This document shows, piece by piece, positions 58,150 to 64,000 of a DNA stretch of 64,000 nucleotides. The notes beneath the pieces were generated by a model. The model made no database searches. It worked only from the letters and a program-made list of their open reading frames with translations, and was not told where the DNA came from. How positions within the stretch are numbered: the stretch's first letter is position 1; each line of letters starts with the position of its first letter. Origin of the DNA: Schmidtea polychroa (Eukaryota); assembly GCA_044892525.1 (NCBI GenBank), contig CM097888.1, positions 41,106,001 through 41,170,000 on the forward strand. The letters are read 5' to 3'. Both the position numbers and the translations under genes were made by a program.

Positions 58150-58770
58150 TTGCAATTTATTAGGATCATCATTATTACGAGTATTATTAATTGGGTTGTT
58201 CTCATTATCATTACTAGTACTATTATTATTATTGTATCATTTTTGTTGCTGTTATCACGATGTTTGTAAAACTTATTGTTACCGTCGTTATCACTGCCCC
58301 NNNNNNNNNNNNNNNNNNNNNNNNNNNNNNNNNNNNNNNNNNNNNNNNNNNNNNNNNNNNNNNNNNNNNNNNNNNNNNNNNNNNNNNNNNNNNNNNNNNN
58401 NNNNNNNNNNNNNNNNNNNNNNNNNNNNNNNNNNNNNNNNNNNNNNNNNNNNNNNNNNNNNNNNNNNNNNNNNNNNNNNNNNNNNNNNNNNNNNNNNNAA
58501 TTATCGCTGTTGTTAACATGAATATCATTATTACAATTATCACTATTATGATTGTGATTATTATTATTACAATTATCATTAGCCTTAATATTGTCATTAT
58601 TATTATTATCATTATTATAATTATTATTATTATTATTATGATCGTTATGATTATTATCAGTATTACCATTATTATCATTTTTGTTATTATCATTAAAATT
58701 ATTATTATTATTCTTGTTCTAATTATTATCATTCGGGTTGTTTATTATCAGTTGTTGTTAAGATTGTAAT
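58150..58770. repeat. Degenerate (ATT/ATC)n trinucleotide low-complexity tract containing an N-gap (58301-58498)
   Basis: Direct reading; it produces spurious poly-Ile ORFs. Confidence 0.85.
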
Positions 58771-60458
58771 ACCCGGGTGTCTTAATATGATTTAACGCCG
58801 TCGTTGTTAACGATAGAACGATTCTGGATCTCGCGGATGTTATCTCTGTTATCTTGTTAACTCGCGACTGTAGCTAATCAAATTTCTCAGGCCTATTGAT
58901 AATCCATAGAATGTCATCTCAGTGATTCCGCGAGATTGGTTTGGTGCTACAGGTGTAGATAATTTGCTTACGCGAAAATTGGATAGCTAAATGGCACCCG
59001 ATGACAGTCATTGCGATCGTGCATCAACATGTGTCAGATTTTTGGAAGATACTAGCTAATAATCGGTGCTCGGTCATCGGATAAACGTGGATTGATTTTT
59101 CTTGTGTATTCGGTGGGCGACTAAGGAGTCCTCTAAATGTAAACGGTTTCGGAATGCTATCCGCTGTACGAAATGGCGTTAGATTTATGATCGAAGTACG
59201 ATGTGGATGTTTGCGAATCTAGCAATGTATTATGGATGGTACTGATTTACCTGGATTTAGCCCACTACCTCAGTATCAACAGCTGGATGTCTGAAGATGA
59301 GTGTCGTCTATATTCGCGACGACATTGCGTATTGGAATTCAAGATAATCTGGATTTTTATCGACGATTCGATCTCTTTCCAACGGATTTATGAGACTGCA
59401 ATCATTTATGGTCGAGCAACTTTTCAACATGTCATATTCTCTAATCGGTCTCCATTTCACTAGTTCCTTTCATGAAGTTTAATTCAATGGAGGTTTGATC
59501 TCTCATGTTGAAAGATAATTTTTAAAATTGTCTCGTTGGATCTATTTCGCATGTGGCTATTCCATCGTGCTGTGACATCTTCGTTTCTCGCCAAACTGTC
59601 ATACATTATTCTCTCTGATCTCGTAATCTCACGAACCATTTTAATAAAATGAAAATTTAATATTTTTTATCTACATTACCAAAATTACACTACTTCAAAT
59701 GATTACCATATAAAGATAACTATACTATATAAATAAAATTTACATTTCCAAATATTCGTATTCGCAATTGGGATCTACGGTTTGGTGTGGATTTTGATTC
59801 AGTTTGTTATCTAGATTTCGCTGGAGCTACTTCTGGATCTATCTATCGTTTGTTAGAAAAAACGTTGAGGAATCAATCGGAAGCGTCTGTATTTATATAA
59901 TTTTATATAATTGTATTTATATAATTGCGCCTTTTGCACTTTAATTTGCTTTTGTTATTATTTATTTAATTGTTTTAATTTTTCGTTTTTACTTATTCGA
60001 TTTTATTTGATCTTAATTGATTTTTTTTTATTATTTTGTTGTTTTGCTTTTTCCTTAGTTTTTTCGTGTCTTCTATTAATTTTAAATTGATTGATTTCAT
60101 GCCTTTTCCTTAATTATTTAGTTTTATTTGACTATCACTCGATTTTATTAAATCTATGTTATTATACTTTTCCTTAATTTTTCTATGTTTTTATTTGATT
60201 ATTATTTTCTTAGTTTTGATTTTGTTACTTTTACTCCCGATTAATTCCTCAACAAGGAATCCCTAAATATTAAGATAGGAAATTCTATATTCAGACAACA
60301 TTTATAACATAAAGTATTATTAGATTTAAAAACTTATTGATTTTAACCAAATAATTGATAAATGTTAAATTCATTTTATTATTGATGGTCTATGAATGTT
60401 AATTTTATTTAATAAATTTTAAAAGAACCGCTGTTTTTGTCTTATTGTCTATATAGGA

Positions 60459-60838
60459 CAGTGGTACGCAAACTATGTGCCGCGGCATATTAGTGTGCCG
60501 TAAAAGAATTTAAAATGTGCCGCTAATGCGAAAATATTTAGTACGAAAATATTTTTTTAGTTATATAATAAAAAAAAGAAGTTAAAATATTTTTTTTGTA
60601 GTTATTTAATAAAAACAAAATGTTGGATGATGAGCTGCGAGTTTGTTTAACAAAAATCGAACCACGTATAAAATTTATTTGCGACAAAAAACAAGCGCAC
60701 TCATCCCATTAAATAAAATATATACATGTAATTTCATTTCATTAAAAAAATTCTATATAAAAGATACATTCTTTCTATTTGTGCCTTGACTTTTTTTTTC
60801 TATTTTGTGCCGGGAGGTAAAAAGTTTGCGTACCACTG
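60459..60838 (+). mobile_element. hAT Charlie-derived MITE
   Basis: TIR CAGTGGTACGCAAAC. Perfect TSD ATATAGGA. It retains the Charlie C-terminus DDELRVCLTKIEPRIKFICDKKQAHSSH*. Confidence 0.92.
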
Positions 60839-61960
60839 ATATAGGACATCAAGTTGAATATGACATTATAAAAATAGAAGCTCAACACTTGCATTCAAAT
60901 TCGGTAATAATTAAAGGTTTCTGCAGAATATCCAAAAACTTTGGAACTTTATATTGTATAGTTTTTCAAGATCTCATAAGTTGACTATCCTTATGAACTT
61001 TTGGAAGACACTCGAGTCATGAAGTAATGATATATAAAAGGTTTCATCTTTCAAATGTTGTTAATTACCACTTTTTCTATAATCAGCCTTATTAAGAACA
61101 ACCAAACAATTAACTTTATCTTATTTCTTAACGATATTCATGATCCTTCAAAATTCTAATTCTAATTCTAAAAAATCAAATTCTACTGATGATTTATTCG
61201 GAATTTCATTCAAGTTTTTAAAAAATTTCACAATCCTGTGACACCAAACCTAAAAGGAATGAGAACAGTATAAGCTTTTGATGACATATTAAGATGTTTC
61301 GTGTTGAATAAATGAGTTACTTTCTTTTTGTTTCAATTTCGTGATTTGAACTTAAAAATCATAGAAATTCAGTTATCATGACAAAACTATCAGACCCAGA
61401 GAGAAATTATTTGGTGTGAAAAGCAAAATAGAGAAAAATACACAAGCACAGACACCAAGATATTTAGAGCAGGTCAATCAACTAGAACCAATTAGTCAAA
61501 ATCATAAAATCAAAGCTAACACAACTAATTCTGGTTATTCAGCAATCAAAATCAATCAGTGAAATTACGATAATCATTGGAATTCATTAGGTCAAATTTG
61601 TCATATTTTGTTCTCATCTTTTACTTGTCTGTTGGCGCATCTAGGGCCAGCCATGATTTTTAAAAATAACCTTTAGGGAGGTCTTTATAACCGACTATCT
61701 TTCTTTTAGTTACAACCGTGTTTGTGTAGCTAATTTTTATTTATAAGTAAAATTGTATTCGTGTTATACAGCAATAAACTTTGAATAAAACATTTGTTAT
61801 TTATTAACCTTACGCGCAGTCAGGGTCGAAGAGGGGGGAGAAGGGTATTTTTTTAAATTTTACTATCACAAATAGTGCTACTCGAATAAAGTGGTTTTTC
61901 TAAAATTTAAAGATAACAATTAAATTTCTATTTGAATCTACGTCCGATAATTTGTTTCCT

Positions 61961-62187
61961 GTTTTGTTTGTATGCAAGCATACTAATGCTCAATTGTCAT
62001 GGGCGCTGGATCTATTCCGCTACCTATGACCATTGAGCTGTGGGATCGAGTGATCGATTCCCGAACCAAGAGGCGCACATCAAGTGCTGCAAATTTTCAT
62101 TTGATGTTCAATATTTTCAAATATATTCCAAAATAAAAAAAACCAATTGTCCGTTCAATCAAAAGTATGCTTGCATACAAACAAAAC
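61961..62187. repeat. 24-bp perfect inverted repeat around ~180 bp (MITE candidate)
   Basis: GTTTTGTTTGTATGCAAGCATACT (61961-61984) and its reverse complement (62164-62187). No TSD seen. Confidence 0.6.
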
Positions 62188-62906
62188 ACATAACAATTTA
62201 GATTAAAAAAAATATTATAATAATCGATAAAAGGCCCGCTTTAATCATTTTACCGGGGTCCGGTCAGGCTTTTCATGGACCTGCACGAACTTAACATAAT
62301 GACTTTTCAAACATAATTTTTAATAATTTCCATTTCAATTTTCTCATATGAAAATTCTCGACCGCCTTCTGGAAATAAAACTATAATATATTACAATATA
62401 TTATACATCCTCCCATTAAGAATTCTCTTCCTTTTCTGTAACATCTGAATCAGAAGAACCTTTACTTTCGCTTTCTATTAATCTATTTTTTTCTGGTATT
62501 AATTATTACATGACTCTCTTCACTGCTGTCATCTGGATCATTTGATTTTTTAATTTTTTATTCAGAATATTATGAATCGATCTAAATCAAACTTCATCTT
62601 CCCTACTACAAATTTTATCCTTGATTCCTTTTTTATAACCCTATAAGCGACTAAATTTGAAATAGTGCAGTAAAAATGGTCACAATACACTCACAATCAC
62701 TTAATATCACGAAGTATTTAAAAACGGTATAATTCACAAAAAAAATTAATGTTAATCAATGCTTTCCCGCAATGAAGCACCAAAAAACCTTTGTTACGCT
62801 CTTGTTAGAAATTAATGCGAATAAATTCTAAAGGAGAATTTAGACCACAAAATTACTTGTTTTGGAAACAAATATCGTTAATGTAATTTTACATGATTAC
62901 TCATAC

Positions 62907-63274
62907 CAGTGGTTTTCAATCCGTGTTCCGCGATTACGCTTCCAGTGTTCCGCGAAAAAATGACATTTTATCTTTAAATTTGCATTTAAGATACATATTA
63001 TCAAAGACCTCAATTAATTTTTTTATATGATGATTCAATAAGAAAGCCGTTACACAGATATATAAACATATAAATATAAAAGTGTTTTTATTGCTTGTTA
63101 TTGTTGCGCGTGGTATTTTCTTTGATTATAAGAAGGCATTGCTTACGTTTACGACCCATTTATAGTAATTTGTGATTGGTCACTCATTGTGGGCAAGTAT
63201 TTTTTGTCAGTGTTCCGGGTAAAAAAAATCATGTGATTGGTGTTCCGCGCTTTTATATTAATTGTGAACCACTG
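62907..63274. mobile_element. hAT Charlie-like MITE
   Basis: Termini CAGTGGTTTTCAA / TTGTGAACCACTG with repeated GTGTTCCGCG subtermini. Flanks ACTCATAC/ACTTATAC (7/8). Confidence 0.8.
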
Positions 63275-64000
63275 ACTTATACAATGGACACGAAAAATAG
63301 CAATGCGTCCGTAATTTAAGTTTTATAGGTCCATAATTAGTGATAGTGCCTCTCAAACGCCGTTCGGGTGCAAAGGGTTAAACAAACTTATATGCAACAT
63401 TTATTAATAAATACAATTATTTTATTATCTTATAGGTTATTTTATTCGGTGATTAATTAATAAAAAAGAAAGCTATTTTAGTCTATTTATTTAATGTCGG
63501 GTATTGCTTTACAAGGAGTTTATTTTAACTCTAACTAACCGAGGAGTACAAATATGAATAAGTGTAAGAAAAGCTTGACTTACAATTCGCGTGAAATAGG
63601 AAAATGAATTTTATTGTAGCAATATACGAATTTTCTTAGGTGAATGGAAATTTAGTAAAGGACCATCGGTCACACCTTAGTATTAGTCAACTCTCTATGT
63701 TACCTATGATAGCACGAATTACGAACGTCAATTTTTGACGGATATTAATACTGAGACCATAATTTAAATCTGCCAAGTGTTCCAATATTTGATTAATTGA
63801 TTATATTAATTTATCAATTTATTTAAAAATTTATTTTAATTAATATTTATTTAAATTAGTTCTCATTAAAAATTATAATAAAAAATGAATTTGAAATAAT
63901 TTCTGTTGATAATAAAACAATTTGCCTTTCATTAATTATGATTTAATCATTTATCAAGTTTATTTGTATAATCAAATTATTTTTTATTTATTTTCCGAAT

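Noticed and set aside
58229-58769. Poly-Ile 'membrane protein' ORFs
   Set aside because: Translation artefacts of ATT/ATA repeats.
58800-58900. PRDPESFY resembling the exonuclease relic PRDPEKHY
   Set aside because: The match is short and surrounded by stops, and the flanking motifs do not align.
1-64000. rRNA/tRNA genes or prokaryotic operons
   Set aside because: None were recognised. The splice signals, microsatellites and TE content indicate a eukaryotic nuclear scaffold.

Overview
AT-rich, intron-containing eukaryotic scaffold with four short N-gaps. It is an invertebrate animal; planarian-like is my inference from base composition, TTAGGG repeats and the TE spectrum. The only host gene is the last two visible exons of a mitochondrial carrier (SLC25A19-like). 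The rest is nested mobile DNA: hAT/hATm/Charlie elements and MITEs, a Tc1/IS630 relic with a 4x276-bp internal amplification, and LTR-retroelement relics. The centrepiece is a young, full-length 16.3-kb Ty3/Gypsy element on the minus strand (40730-57032) with 984-bp LTRs differing at 3 nt, a CTTT target-site duplication and a tRNA-Phe-like PBS. Gag is followed in frame, across one TAA, by a 2,509-codon polyprotein. It reads: ubiquitin-like domain, AT-hook, Bcl-2-like domain, signal/anchor, chuvirus/gB-type glycoprotein, TM, protease, RT, RNase H, integrase, second signal, FN3-like/Thr-rich ectodomain, TM. Downstream lie a DEDDh (REX4/ISG20-like) pseudo-exonuclease ORF split by a hATm insertion and an ORF that runs through the PPT into the 3' LTR. 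Decayed homologues of these accessory ORFs occur elsewhere in the window, pointing to a family of retrovirus-like elements with host-modulating genes. All homology calls are by-eye motif alignments, not database searches.
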